Notes under the pieces: model-generated | The model's input: the letters and a program-made list of their open reading frames with translations, nothing else | Database searches by the model: none | What the model was told of the DNA's origin: nothing | Position numbers and translations under genes: made by a program | Source: Candidatus Aenigmatarchaeota archaeon | Lineage (GTDB): Archaea > Aenigmatarchaeota > Aenigmatarchaeia > QMZP01 | DNA: 64,000 bases | Reading direction: 5' to 3' | NCBI GenBank assembly: GCA_043824495.1 | Contig: JBDRSV010000010.1 | Location: 32,001-96,000, forward strand | Shown here: positions 19,460-29,795 of the stretch, piece after piece | Layout: every line of letters starts with the position of its first letter | Position numbering within the stretch: the stretch's first letter is position 1

Positions 19460-21610
19460 ATGGATCCTGTCAATAAAGTTCTAGAACTTTCTGGTTATGA
19501 AAAATTGAATCCCGCACAAGAACTAGCTGTTAAAATGGGTTTAGTTGGAGATAAAAATTTAGTAGTGGCGGCTCCAACAGCTTCTGGTAAAACTCTGATG
19601 GCTGAAATAGCTGCTTTAGATACAATACAAAAAGGTGGAAAGGTTATTTACATTGTTCCTTTGAAAGCTCTGGCAAGTGAAAAATATGAAGATTTCAAAA
19701 AGAAATATGAACCTCTAGGAACAATGGTTGGAATGAGTATAGGAGATTCAGATTCTTCAGATACTTGGTTAGCTAAATATGATCTAATAATTGTTACAAG
19801 TGAGAAACTAGATTCTTTACTAAGACATGGAATTTCTTGGTTAGATCAGGTAAAGCTAGTTGTAGTAGATGAAGTTCATCTACTAAATGATCCATCAAGA
19901 GGTCCAACACTAGAAATGGTTTTGACAAGATTGAGAAAATTTATAAACCCGCGTATATTGGCCCTGTCTGCAACAATAAATAATTACAAAGAGTTAGCAG
20001 ATTGGTTAGATGCTGAAACAGTCAAGTCAGATTATAGACCTGTCCAGTTGTATAGAGGTATCTCTTTTGAGAAGAAAATTACTTTTATTCCTCAAAGAGT
20101 TGTTGAGATCACAGCTAAAAATGATTTAGAATTCATAGTTGAAGATACTCTAAAAAAGAAGAAACAAGTTCTGTTCTTCGTTTCAACTAGAAGAAGTACA
20201 GAAGCTCTAGCAGAAAACTTAGGAAAATTTTTACAACCTAAAATTAAACCAGATGAATTAGAAAAACTATCGGAAATTGCAAATAAAGTTTTGAAAGCAG
20301 TGGAGAGTCACACAAAACAATGTGATCGTCTTGCAAGATGTATAGTAACGGGAACAGCTTTTCATCATGCAGGTTTAGTTAGTAAACAAAGAAAATTAAT
20401 TGAAGAAGCATTCAAAACAGGTCTGATAAAAGTTCTAACAGCTACACCAACTTTAGCAGCTGGAATAAACTTACCAGCTTATAGAGTTGTAATTCGCGAT
20501 CTCAAAAGATTTAATTCAATTAGGGGAACTGATTACTTACCAAACTTAGAAGTTGAACAAATGGGTGGACGTGCAGGAAGACCAGCTTATGATACAGAAG
20601 GAGAAGCCATTATTATAGCAAAAAATATGGCAGATGCTCAATATGCTTGGGAGAATTACATAAATGGGGAACCAGAGAAAATCTACTCAAAACTTGGAGT
20701 AGAACCAGTACTCCGCACACATGTTTTAGCTTTGATAGCTTCTGGTACAACTCCATCTAAACCAGCATTATTCGATTTCTTTTCCAAAACTTTCTATGCT
20801 CATCAGTATCAAGATTTGACACAACTAAACTTCAACTTAGAAAAAGTTCTAACTATGTTAGAGAAGTTCAAGTTCATAGAAATGACAAATTCTGTATCAG
20901 ATACGATGCCTAACAGTGAGTTCAAACCAGCTAGTCTAATAGACGATGACATAAAACTTAATGCAACAAAAATTGGAAGAAGAGTTTCTGAATTATATAT
21001 AGATCCAATAACTGCAAATAATATAACATCTTCTTTGACTAAGATGACTCCTACTCACATAGCTATCCTACAAACCATATGCGATTGTCTAGAAATGAAA
21101 CCTTTACTAAATATGAGAAAAGGTGATGCAGAAGAAATAAACGAATTCTTGATAGAGCATCAGGATGATTTTGTAAAGAAACCACCAAATGAATGGGAAA
21201 TAGAATATGATGAATATTTCAGATTAGCTAAAACTGTTTCCATGTTTAAATCCTGGACAGAAGAAGATGGAGAAAATAAACTTCTAGATAAATTCAACAT
21301 AGCTCCTGGAGAGCTGCGTGTTAGACTAGAAAACGCAGACTGGCTTCTTTATTCAACACAAGAACTAGCTCTACTCATGGGTTTAATGGACACGATTAAA
21401 TATATAAGAAAAACAAGATTGAGAGTAAAACACGGCATAAGAGAAGAACTTTTGCCACTCATAAAAATCAAAGGTATAGGACGAAAAAGAGCAAGAAAAT
21501 TATACGGCTCTCAAATCAAATCAGTTTTAGATCTTAGAAAAGTCCCGCTAGAAACTCTATCGCGCCTAGTCGGTCCAAAAACAGCGAGTGAAATAAAGAG
21601 ACAAGTTTAA
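19460..21610 (+). CDS. hel308: Ski2-like SF2 helicase Hel308
   Basis: APTASGKT, DEVH, SAT, FHHAGL, QMGGRAGRP, C-terminal HhH. Confidence 0.95.
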   Translation: MDPVNKVLELSGYEKLNPAQELAVKMGLVGDKNLVVAAPTASGKTLMAEIAALDTIQKGGKVIYIVPLKALASEKYEDFKKKYEPLGTMVGMSIGDSDSSDTWLAKYDLIIVTSEKLDSLLRHGISWLDQVKLVVVDEVHLLNDPSRGPTLEMVLTRLRKFINPRILALSATINNYKELADWLDAETVKSDYRPVQLYRGISFEKKITFIPQRVVEITAKNDLEFIVEDTLKKKKQVLFFVSTRRSTEALAENLGKFLQPKIKPDELEKLSEIANKVLKAVESHTKQCDRLARCIVTGTAFHHAGLVSKQRKLIEEAFKTGLIKVLTATPTLAAGINLPAYRVVIRDLKRFNSIRGTDYLPNLEVEQMGGRAGRPAYDTEGEAIIIAKNMADAQYAWENYINGEPEKIYSKLGVEPVLRTHVLALIASGTTPSKPALFDFFSKTFYAHQYQDLTQLNFNLEKVLTMLEKFKFIEMTNSVSDTMPNSEFKPASLIDDDIKLNATKIGRRVSELYIDPITANNITSSLTKMTPTHIAILQTICDCLEMKPLLNMRKGDAEEINEFLIEHQDDFVKKPPNEWEIEYDEYFRLAKTVSMFKSWTEEDGENKLLDKFNIAPGELRVRLENADWLLYSTQELALLMGLMDTIKYIRKTRLRVKHGIREELLPLIKIKGIGRKRARKLYGSQIKSVLDLRKVPLETLSRLVGPKTASEIKRQV

Positions 21611-22293
21611 TTTATTTTCCTGTGTTTTTCGCTCCACTGCGTATATTTTTTCCAGAACCCTGCAGCTTGTCCTGTTACACTGACTTTTCCTATTTTTCCA
21701 TATTTTGCATAAGATGTTATTAAGCCACGAAGTCTTGTCTGAGTCGCTTCAAATTGTGCGTTAGCTCCCCTTCTAGCTTCAGTCCCTTTGGGATTTCCTT
21801 TTATTTCATTATAATCATGTTCAAGTTGCATAAAAGCATCTTCTATTTCTTTTCGCATATCTTTCTGATCGTGTGTAAATACTTCAGTTAATTGGCCCTT
21901 TGCAAATTGACCAATTGCCCCTCCACCTACGCCAGGCATACCACCAGAGGATCTACCTCCTCCCATAAATTTTTTGAAGAAGACGTATGTACCGAATATT
22001 ATGATTACTGCTATATACCAGAATTGGCTTATCGTTAGTATAATTGAATACCAATTTGAAAGAACAATGAACATGTAGAAAGCTATTGCTAAAATGAGTC
22101 TGATTCCTTTGTTTGTGAAGCTTCCTATGGCATCGCTCAGTATGAATATGAAAAGTATAATGAAAACTGTGGGAAAGAAGAAGAAAAAGAATAACTGATA
22201 CAACTCATTTGGTTGTTGTTGTATAAACTGAGTACACGTAGAAACTGTGTTCCCTTGGCATAATAGGTTAACAAGTACATCAATTATAGCCAT
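21607..22293 (-). CDS. Hypothetical membrane protein with Gly-rich linker and coiled-coil tail
   Basis: Three TM segments then GGGRSSGGMPGVGGG. Confidence 0.6.
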   Translation of the reverse strand: MAIIDVLVNLLCQGNTVSTCTQFIQQQPNELYQLFFFFFFPTVFIILFIFILSDAIGSFTNKGIRLILAIAFYMFIVLSNWYSIILTISQFWYIAVIIIFGTYVFFKKFMGGGRSSGGMPGVGGGAIGQFAKGQLTEVFTHDQKDMRKEIEDAFMQLEHDYNEIKGNPKGTEARRGANAQFEATQTRLRGLITSYAKYGKIGKVSVTGQAAGFWKKYTQWSEKHRKIN

Positions 22294-22336
22294 ATAATAG
22301 TTTTGGTTAAGAACGCTTATATTTGGATTATGAAAC

Positions 22337-23254
22337 TCAAGCTGCTTGGCTTGCAGGAGTAATATCTATTGTTTCTGCTTCTTGAGTTCTATATCCTCTC
22401 AGTTCTGTTAAGTCGAATGTAAGTGGTGTTGATGTTCTAGGGTTAAACAAGCTCCTTCTAATACCCGCAATCATTTTATATTCTTCCTTTGTCAAATATT
22501 GCCTGAATGCAGGAGGCGACTTAGCTATTAATTGTTCTTGTATTGTATCGAAAGGTGCGTCTATAATATCGTATATCTTGTCACCGATAGCCCAGTACCA
22601 GAAAGAGTTCCATTTATCTGGTAAACTATATTCTCTTACAGTAAAGTCACCACCTTCAGCAGAAACTTTTCTCTCTTTCATTTCTCCGTATTGTTGCATT
22701 CTCCACATATCATCTTTTATAAACCATCCTCTAAATCTAAGAGGCTCAGGGAAAAGTTTTTCATTTTCAATATCACCTCTTGTAAATTTAGGAGCAGCAA
22801 CAGCACCAAATTCTGAATCATAGAAATTCTCTACTTTAGCTCTTTGATCATAAGGAGATACATCAGTATCTCTTACAACCTTAATGTTATCTGCAAGCAT
22901 GCTATCAGTTGGTCTTGGATCATTTGAATCTCTGAGATAAATAGGAAGTTCATGACCTTTATGAACCACAGTATACATGGTCTCTAAATTTGTCGGATTG
23001 TTAAAAAATCCTCTATAAGCACTGAGTTTAGGGAAGGTTTTGTTAAATCCTGTAAGTGCTCTCTGAAAATATTGTTCTTCAATCCAGTCTAGACCAGCAT
23101 GAAGAGCCTTATCAAATTTGCTTATTCTTTCTTCTGGAGGCTTGGAAAAACCTTTCGCTGCTATATGAATAGCATAATGGAACGGAACTTGCCAACCGCC
23201 ATCATCAAATAATTCTTTTGTATCAACCAAAGGATATTTTTTTAGTTCTATCAT
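22337..23254 (-). CDS. Hypothetical protein
   Basis: Start reassigned to MIELKK (23254) to remove the overlap with the upstream gene. Confidence 0.6.
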   Translation of the reverse strand: MIELKKYPLVDTKELFDDGGWQVPFHYAIHIAAKGFSKPPEERISKFDKALHAGLDWIEEQYFQRALTGFNKTFPKLSAYRGFFNNPTNLETMYTVVHKGHELPIYLRDSNDPRPTDSMLADNIKVVRDTDVSPYDQRAKVENFYDSEFGAVAAPKFTRGDIENEKLFPEPLRFRGWFIKDDMWRMQQYGEMKERKVSAEGGDFTVREYSLPDKWNSFWYWAIGDKIYDIIDAPFDTIQEQLIAKSPPAFRQYLTKEEYKMIAGIRRSLFNPRTSTPLTFDLTELRGYRTQEAETIDITPASQAA

Positions 23255-23255
23255 T

Positions 23256-23813
23256 TTAATCAACCTCCGCAAAAGCATAAGCATGATCAGGTATATCATC
23301 TTCGAGTATTGATTTTGCATAATTTTTGATGTCATTCCATAGTGTACCATATTTCTTTGCTGCGTCTCTTACGTTGTCCTTTATTTTGAAATATCCATCA
23401 ACTGCTTTACTGAAACCACCACCGTTTCCATATCTCATGTCATGTAAAGCTAGTCCTGTGAGATAACTCATTAAGCTATCACCTTCTATTCCTCTATCTG
23501 CATTATACTTCAATTCTTTCATATATGCCGCTTCTAAAGGAATTTCTGCTTTGTCTGTTTCTGGTCTTCCATACCATTCAACTTGAAGCTCATGACCAAG
23601 TAAATATGATTGTATACCTTTAGCTACACTTGCTAGGAATGTATCTCCGCTGTTTTTAGCAGTTTGATAAGCTCCTGAAAAATCTGGTATCTTAATTACA
23701 CCATCGTTGAATCTAGCTTCAGCTAGTCTGTCTTTGTTTATCCTGTTCCCCGAAACCATTTGAATTTCAGGCTCTTCGTATAGTTCATTTTGTCTGCTCA
23801 TATCACTCGCCAT
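23256..23813 (-). CDS. Hypothetical protein
   Basis: 185 aa ORF tandem with the downstream ORF. Confidence 0.6.
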   Translation of the reverse strand: MASDMSRQNELYEEPEIQMVSGNRINKDRLAEARFNDGVIKIPDFSGAYQTAKNSGDTFLASVAKGIQSYLLGHELQVEWYGRPETDKAEIPLEAAYMKELKYNADRGIEGDSLMSYLTGLALHDMRYGNGGGFSKAVDGYFKIKDNVRDAAKKYGTLWNDIKNYAKSILEDDIPDHAYAFAEVD

Positions 23814-23953
23814 AATTTCCGCTTAACTTGTAGTTTTTAATAGTCTAAGTGCTGCAATTAGTTGTCACTGATAAATAGTTACAATAAGGGTATTTAAAGC
23901 TTTCTGATGGTCTATATATAGCGCTTTTGGACCAAAAATAGCTCATTTTTGGC

Positions 23954-24523
23954 TTATTTTTGCCTTTTTTTCACATGTTTCCAAATAAAGAAGGTAATTA
24001 AGAATCCTAGAGCAGAACCAGCAACAACGTCGCTTATTGTGTGAACTCCTAATATAACTCTAGACGCAGCTACTAGCGCTGGTATTATGAATAGAGGAAT
24101 TAGCTTCTTTCTCCTAGAAGCTAGTATTACAGAAGTGAATATGACAAAAGCTATTGTAGAATGTCCTGAAGGGAACGAGTAATCCTCAGTACAGAAAGGA
24201 TTACATGCGCTTATAGTTTCTGTTAAACATGGAGTGCATGGTCTTGGAATCTCAGTTATGGCCTTAATACCACCCACAGCAATATACGCGATGAGGAGAC
24301 TTGCTACTAAAACTATTACAAATTTCTTGAAATTCTTCTTTCTTTTCTGTAGTTTCTGGTTCTTGAATACAGTGTCCAGAGAGATCAAAAAGAAGAATAT
24401 GAATACCCCTATCAATACGGTCCATATATAGGGATCTCCTATCAATGTAATAATATACCATGGATTACCAATCATAATTATACTTCCTTTGGGAACAATA
24501 AAAATTAAGCATTTGCTTACCAA
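23954..24523 (-). CDS. PAP2 family phosphatase
   Basis: K...RP, SFPSGH, SRVILGVH..DV..G motifs. Confidence 0.9.
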   Translation of the reverse strand: MVSKCLIFIVPKGSIIMIGNPWYIITLIGDPYIWTVLIGVFIFFFLISLDTVFKNQKLQKRKKNFKKFVIVLVASLLIAYIAVGGIKAITEIPRPCTPCLTETISACNPFCTEDYSFPSGHSTIAFVIFTSVILASRRKKLIPLFIIPALVAASRVILGVHTISDVVAGSALGFLITFFIWKHVKKRQK

Positions 24524-24532
24524 TAGAATGTT

Positions 24533-25567
24533 ATGTATGAAGATAAGCCAATAATCAAGAATTCAGAAGTCTTTACAGACGAATTTCTCCCAAACACAAT
24601 TAACCATAGAGATGGGCAAATGAAAGCAGTGAGAGATGATCTAAATCCACTTCTAAATAATAAACCAGGAAGAAGCGTGTTCATTTTCGGTGCTCCAGGG
24701 ACAGGAAAGACTTCAACATCTAAATACATAATAAATGAGCTAGCTTCACAGTCTGTTTTTACAAGTTACATAAATTGTTGGAATACGAGTTCAAGATTCA
24801 AAATATTATACACAATTCTTCAGAATTTTGGAGAATCTCTGTCTATACACACAAAAGGAACTCCAACGCATGATCTTTTAGAATTACTTAAGAAAAAAGT
24901 CCAAGAAAAACAAGCAGTGATAATCTTAGATGAAGTGGATCAATTAGAAGATGATAAAATTTTGTATGATTTAATTATGATAGCAAATGTTAGTGTAATT
25001 CTAATAGCTAATTCAGAAACAGCATTACATGACAATGATCCTAGAATAAGAAGTAGATTAGCGTCTGCAGATACAATAGAATTTCCTAAATACAAGTCAG
25101 ATGAAATAACAGAGATACTCAAAGAAAGAGCAGAACTAGGTCTAGTTCCTGGTGTTGTGAAAAATGCACAACTAGAGAAAATAGCAGAGAGATCTTTAGG
25201 TGATTCTAGAATTGCAATTAATATTCTTAAAATAGCTTCGGAAGAAGCTGAGAAAAAAGATGAAGGAAAAATAACCGATGATGACGTAGAGAAAGCTTCT
25301 CCAAAAGCGATAGAACAAGGAAAGAAAAAGAGTATAGAAACATTGAATGATCACCAGAAATTGATATACTCTGTAATTAGTATGGGTGTCAAAACAGAAC
25401 CTTCTGAACTATACACAAAATATCAAGAAGAGTGTAAAAGAAAAGATATAGAACCTGTGAAAGACAGAACAATCAGAAAATATTTAGACAAAATGATACA
25501 ATATAAGTTAATTCTAGCTGAAGGCGAAGCTCGTTGGAGAACTTATTCTATCCAGAAAGCGCAATAA
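24533..25567 (+). CDS. cdc6: Orc1/Cdc6 AAA+ replication initiator
   Basis: GAPGTGKT, ILDEVD, GDSR.AI, C-terminal WH domain. Confidence 0.93.
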   Translation: MYEDKPIIKNSEVFTDEFLPNTINHRDGQMKAVRDDLNPLLNNKPGRSVFIFGAPGTGKTSTSKYIINELASQSVFTSYINCWNTSSRFKILYTILQNFGESLSIHTKGTPTHDLLELLKKKVQEKQAVIILDEVDQLEDDKILYDLIMIANVSVILIANSETALHDNDPRIRSRLASADTIEFPKYKSDEITEILKERAELGLVPGVVKNAQLEKIAERSLGDSRIAINILKIASEEAEKKDEGKITDDDVEKASPKAIEQGKKKSIETLNDHQKLIYSVISMGVKTEPSELYTKYQEECKRKDIEPVKDRTIRKYLDKMIQYKLILAEGEARWRTYSIQKAQ

Positions 25568-25607
25568 ACTCTTATTGGCACGAGTATCTAAACCACATCA
25601 ATAGAGC

Positions 25608-25640
25608 TTATTGGCATACTGGCATACTGGCACGGTCCTA
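25608..25640 (+). repeat. Dispersed motif copy 2 with tandem TGGCATAC units
   Basis: TTATTGGCATACTGGCATACTGGCACGGTCCTA; partial copy TTATTGGCAC at 25572-25581. Confidence 0.75.
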
Positions 25641-25658
25641 GGATCCAGTTTATATCTG

Positions 25659-26423
25659 ATGAAAATCTACTCTAAAGTGATCCCTATGCGTCTAGTACCC
25701 CAACTCTTAGATAAAATCGAACCCTTCGTTGATGAATTTAGGCAGTGGCCTAAAGGAGACATTCCTTCTTCCAAAGAAGGTAAGTGGCTTCAAGTTCAAA
25801 TGTCTCAATTCACACCACCTTTTGTCATTGAGAAGAATTATGAAAATAGTTTCATATCTTCTTCACATGTGGTAGATACAGAATTACTTGATGCTACCTT
25901 GAAGAGAAAAACAAATCTTCTCTCCAAGCAAGAAATAAGAATACTTATTGGTTCAACAAAAAACTTGAAACATAAAATATTATTACAACTATTGTATGGT
26001 TGTGGTCTTCAGATATTCGAAGCTATTGAGCTAAAGATAGATGACATCAACCTGAAAGAGTGTAGAGTCAACGTAGGAACGAGAACAGTTCCTTTATCAA
26101 CAAAAATGGTTCCACAACTGGAATTCTTGTTTAGATACACACAAAAACCAGATAATAATCACCTGTTTCCCAACTGGAACGGAGGTCACGTAACACCAGA
26201 AGATGCAGAACAGATCGTGAAATATGCATTCGCTGCTGCTGGGTTGAGACCAGTTTCCCCACACGCTCTTAGACACAGCTTTGCTTCACACCTCCTCGAA
26301 TACGGCGTCAGAATAGGAATAATACAAACACTTCTAGGAAATTATGATGCAACAAAAATGAGACACATGAAAATTTCAGAAGAAATGATCAAGAACGTGA
26401 AGAGTCCTCTGGATAAACTTTAA
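25659..26423 (+). CDS. Tyrosine recombinase-like protein lacking catalytic residues
   Basis: YGCGLQ (R to Q), HALRH kept, LLGN (H to N), no Tyr in TKMRHM, ends KSPLD. Confidence 0.8.
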   Translation: MKIYSKVIPMRLVPQLLDKIEPFVDEFRQWPKGDIPSSKEGKWLQVQMSQFTPPFVIEKNYENSFISSSHVVDTELLDATLKRKTNLLSKQEIRILIGSTKNLKHKILLQLLYGCGLQIFEAIELKIDDINLKECRVNVGTRTVPLSTKMVPQLEFLFRYTQKPDNNHLFPNWNGGHVTPEDAEQIVKYAFAAAGLRPVSPHALRHSFASHLLEYGVRIGIIQTLLGNYDATKMRHMKISEEMIKNVKSPLDKL

Positions 26424-26430
26424 TTTTCAT

Positions 26431-26649
26431 ATGAGTCACAAAATCATAAGATATAGCAAACATACCATTAGAAGAAAATTAGAAAGAAACATTTCAGAAG
26501 AAGAGATAGAAGAAACAATCAGAAACCCTAATTATGTTTTATCTTCATTTGAAGAAAGAAAAATAGCTGTTAAACAAATAGCAGAAAGAACTATTCATGT
26601 AATCTACAATGAGGAAAAAACCCATATAAATATAATAACCGTATATTAA
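26431..26649 (+). CDS. DUF4258-like putative toxin
   Basis: YSKH..RR..ERNI...IITVY pattern; paired with the next gene. Confidence 0.7.
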   Translation: MSHKIIRYSKHTIRRKLERNISEEEIEETIRNPNYVLSSFEERKIAVKQIAERTIHVIYNEEKTHINIITVY

Positions 26650-26656
26650 ATGTAAT

Positions 26657-26863
26657 ATGAAAATGACATATGACAAAGAGGTGGATGCAGCATACATTTA
26701 CCTAAAAGACACAATAAAAAAAGGCGAAGTAAAAAGCACACAAACCATGAACGAAAACATCATCCTAGACTTCGACAAAGATAAAAAACTCATCGGAATC
26801 GAAATTCTTTCTGCAAGTAAAGTAATACCCAAAAAGTCAGTAAAAGCACTACAAACAGCCTAG
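26657..26863 (+). CDS. DUF2283-like putative antitoxin
   Basis: YDKEVDAAYIYL...DFDKD.KLIGIEIL.AS. Confidence 0.8.
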   Translation: MKMTYDKEVDAAYIYLKDTIKKGEVKSTQTMNENIILDFDKDKKLIGIEILSASKVIPKKSVKALQTA

Positions 26864-26883
26864 TTTCTTTCTCACACGATAAT

Positions 26884-27720
26884 ATGAAAGAACTCTTAAT
26901 ACGCTTGGAAAATGAACTAAAATCTCGCGGCTTCAGCAGAAAGACCGTAAAATCCTATTTATTTCACGTTTCAACTTTCTTGCGTCACATATCAACAGAT
27001 TCCACACAAGAAGAGATACAAAGATATTTCATACAATTAGCAGAAAACGCAGATCCCAGAACAGTTAATCTGCGCATAAGCGCAGTTAAATTCTTTTACA
27101 AGAACATCCTACACAGAAACCTCTACATAAACTACATGAAGAGACCCAGAAAAATACCTGAAGTTTTAACTGTACAAGAAGTCATGTATATGATATCGTC
27201 CACGACTAACCCAAAACACAGAACTATAATTGAAATGTTATACGGCTGTGGACTCCGGGTATCAGAAATAACTAAAATAAAAAAATCTGACATAAACATT
27301 CCAGAAAGAATAATATTCATAAGACAAGGAAAGGGAATGAAAGACAGAATTGTTCCTCTTCCTCTTACACTAAAAGAGATTGTATATAATTTCAGTGTAG
27401 ACGACTGTCCATATGTTTTCCAATCAGAAAGAGGAGGAAAGCTAACGGAAAAAACAATACAGGTGATAGTGAAAAATGCAGCCAAGAAAGCCGAAATAAA
27501 AAAGCGCGTATCTCCACATACTCTCCGTCACAGCTATGCAACCCATCTCCTCGAATCAGGAACAGATATTCGTATAATTCAACGTCTTCTAGGTCATTCC
27601 TCGGTCAAAACCACAGAACTCTATACTCATGTTTCAAGAGCTCTTCTGAAAAACATAAAAAGTCCTCTAGACTTCGTAAAAACATTCAATATAGAACATT
27701 CTAATCCAAACAATGCGTAG
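26884..27720 (+). CDS. Tyrosine recombinase (Xer/integron-integrase-like) with N-terminal SAM-like domain; no IntI-specific insertion
   Basis: YGCGLR, GKGMKDR, HTLRH, LLGH, TELYTH all intact. Confidence 0.92.
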   Translation: MKELLIRLENELKSRGFSRKTVKSYLFHVSTFLRHISTDSTQEEIQRYFIQLAENADPRTVNLRISAVKFFYKNILHRNLYINYMKRPRKIPEVLTVQEVMYMISSTTNPKHRTIIEMLYGCGLRVSEITKIKKSDINIPERIIFIRQGKGMKDRIVPLPLTLKEIVYNFSVDDCPYVFQSERGGKLTEKTIQVIVKNAAKKAEIKKRVSPHTLRHSYATHLLESGTDIRIIQRLLGHSSVKTTELYTHVSRALLKNIKSPLDFVKTFNIEHSNPNNA

Positions 27721-27736
27721 AAACACTAGTTATAAG
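27713..27736 (+). other. attI-like site at the recombinase 3' end (GTTATAAG core 27729-27736)
   Basis: GTTRRRY-type core followed by the same leader as the cassette starting at 31578. Confidence 0.45.
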
Positions 27737-27792
27737 AAATCGTTGGTCTTGATTGGTTAAAGGAGATCGCCGCCATTTGGCTTCGCCAAAGA
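27729..27792 (+). repeat. Cassette leader repeat, copy 1 (10-nt insertion relative to copy 2)
   Basis: gttataagaaatcgttgg[tcttgattgg]ttaaaggagatcgccgccatttggcttcgccaaaga. Confidence 0.85.
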
Positions 27793-27923
27793 TAGCCTGC
27801 CTTCGGCAGTATATAGAAAGGGTATTCTTTGTTTTCGAGGACATAGGGAAGTAGTACTCATAAATGGGCATAATAAAGATTAAAAATAACACAACACCTA
27901 TATACTACTAAGGGATTGATAAT

Positions 27924-28845
27924 ATGAATCAAATAGAAATTAATAGAGAAAATCTTGAAAAGAGACTTAAGCAAGTAGGGCTTAGTTCAGATATATACAG
28001 CGTCAAACCAAAAAAATTTATTAGAATTAATACGAGACATCCAGTGAAAATAAGAGAATTACAGGAAAGACTTAATAGAAATTATGGAATCGAAGTAGAA
28101 TTTATAGAAACATGTATTGAGGAAATTTATGAATCAACAAACTCGGATATTGGAGGGTGGATTAGTGGTAAAAAGAACGAATTCTTTAATAAAAATTATT
28201 TTATTCAAGATTTAGCAAGCGTTATTTGTGTTAAAGAACTTGATTTAAAAGAGGGTCAATCTCTTCTTGAAACATGTGCAGCGAGAGGTTTCAAGTCTAT
28301 TCTGGCTCATGATTTAACACATGGAAAATTAAGAATAACAGCATTAGATATAGATCCTAAAAAAATATCAAATAATGATGGGATTCTTTAAAAAATTTGG
28401 AATAAATGCAGAAACCCGATTAATGGATTCCACAAAATTTCAAGGTCAAAAATACGATAGAGTACTGGTTGATGCTCCTTGTTCTGGTGAAGGTGTGACT
28501 GTGGTGTATGATGAGAAATTGAGAAGAGATGTTAGTGGATTTGATAATGTTGTGCAATATTCACAAGAAGATGTTGAAAGATTTTCAGAATTACAAGGAA
28601 AACTTTTACAAAGCGGTTTTGACCACTTAAAGAAGAGTGGAATCCTAAATTACGCCACCTGTACCTTGAATAAGATTGAAAATGAAAGCGTAATCCACGA
28701 ATTTCTTCAAAGAAACGGCGATGCTTCAGTTGTTAACTCTAATATTGATAAATATGGTATCAAGCACAAGGTTTCTAATCTAGGGGTAAGAATCTTGCCT
28801 GGAAAAACTAAGGGCTTTTACTTTACAAAAATTATAAGGAGATAA
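27924..28845 (+). pseudogene. RsmB/NOP2-family RNA m5C methyltransferase split by a +1 frameshift in an A7 run (28359-28365)
   Basis: ORF1 has IQDLAS and CAARGFKS; ORF2 has VDAPCSG and YATCTL. An A6 run would give DPKKYQIMMGFF in one frame. Confidence 0.8.
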
Positions 28846-28877
28846 TCTTCAAAAGAAGACAAAGAATCTATCACCGA

Positions 28878-29210
28878 TTACCTTGTCCTAAAACCAAACC
28901 TTTTTTCATAATTCTTGTGGTCTAGCCATTCTAGAATAATTGCGATGACTTCAATCTTGTCCCTTCCAAGAGAGTATAATAATCTCCACCCATTTGGTAA
29001 ATCATACTTCCAGAGATTGTCTATTCCATATTTCTTGATATATTCCTTTGGAATCAGTTTTTGTTTTATATGAATGAAAGCATTCGGATTCTTCTCAATT
29101 TCCTTAAAGGCGTTGCTTATACTATCATATAACCATTTCTCTCCAGGAGAATCCTTAAGATTGTCATACGCCTTCTTCACATTTTCGTCTGCGAAAACTA
29201 ATCGTGTCAT
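28878..29210 (-). CDS. RelE-like toxin
   Basis: LWKYDLPNGWRLLYS pattern; coupled to the upstream small gene. Confidence 0.65.
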   Translation of the reverse strand: MTRLVFADENVKKAYDNLKDSPGEKWLYDSISNAFKEIEKNPNAFIHIKQKLIPKEYIKKYGIDNLWKYDLPNGWRLLYSLGRDKIEVIAIILEWLDHKNYEKRFGFRTR

Positions 29211-29485
29211 TTAATCAACAGATGTGGTTTACTCATGTACTTCTTTACAAGTTCTGGATTCCAAATCCAAACTACATGTCCTTCTTTGTCTGTGACAATC
29301 TTACCTGAATCCATAAGGTAATCGAAAACTACACAGAATGTTTGGTACATCATTTTCTTTGGGAGATGTTCCCAAAGCTGCCTTTTCTTGTACTCTCCAC
29401 TGTTATTTTTGATAAACTTCTCTACCATAAGTACAGTATCCAACTGTGGATAATGCAAAATTCCTTTCTCCATTAATTGTGGCAT
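29207..29485 (-). CDS. Putative antitoxin/wHTH protein
   Basis: 92 aa, 4-nt overlap with the toxin, helix-turn-helix-like spacing. Confidence 0.55.
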   Translation of the reverse strand: MPQLMEKGILHYPQLDTVLMVEKFIKNNSGEYKKRQLWEHLPKKMMYQTFCVVFDYLMDSGKIVTDKEGHVVWIWNPELVKKYMSKPHLLIK

Positions 29486-29578
29486 AAAATCACCTTGTTA
29501 TATATATTTATATAACAAGTATTTATAAAGGTTTCGGTTGAGCCTAAAACATATCATAAGACAAAGAATCTCGTCCGC

Positions 29579-29740
29579 GGCGGCGATCTCCTTTATTAGT
29601 TATGTGCACAACGACTCTGCGGCTGCTTCGCAGCCTTGCCTCGCATGGCGAAACCATTTCAGAATAGGAGAAATCCATGCTCGGTCTTATAACAAGCAGC
29701 TTGGCGGTTCGCTGCTGCTCTCCCAAATTCGATCTTTGCT
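29579..29740. repeat. Degenerate attC-like/hairpin cluster
   Basis: Inverted copy of TAAAGGAGATCGCCGCC (29579-29595), GTTATGTG (29599), CTTATAAC (29686-29693, complement of 27729), GGCTGC-TTC-GCAGCC hairpin. Confidence 0.5.
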
Positions 29741-29795
29741 ATGAAGGCGGTCTCTTAAAACTAAAACATTTATAAACTGGATACAAATTATTGTT

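Noticed and set aside
2854-25640. Integrated element bounded by the 25-nt direct repeat
   Set aside because: The interval contains ribosomal, SRP54, primase and LeuRS genes, so it is not a plausible excisable island.
23814-25660. Replication origin next to cdc6
   Set aside because: No recognisable ORB/mini-ORB repeats or extended AT-rich unwinding element were found by eye.
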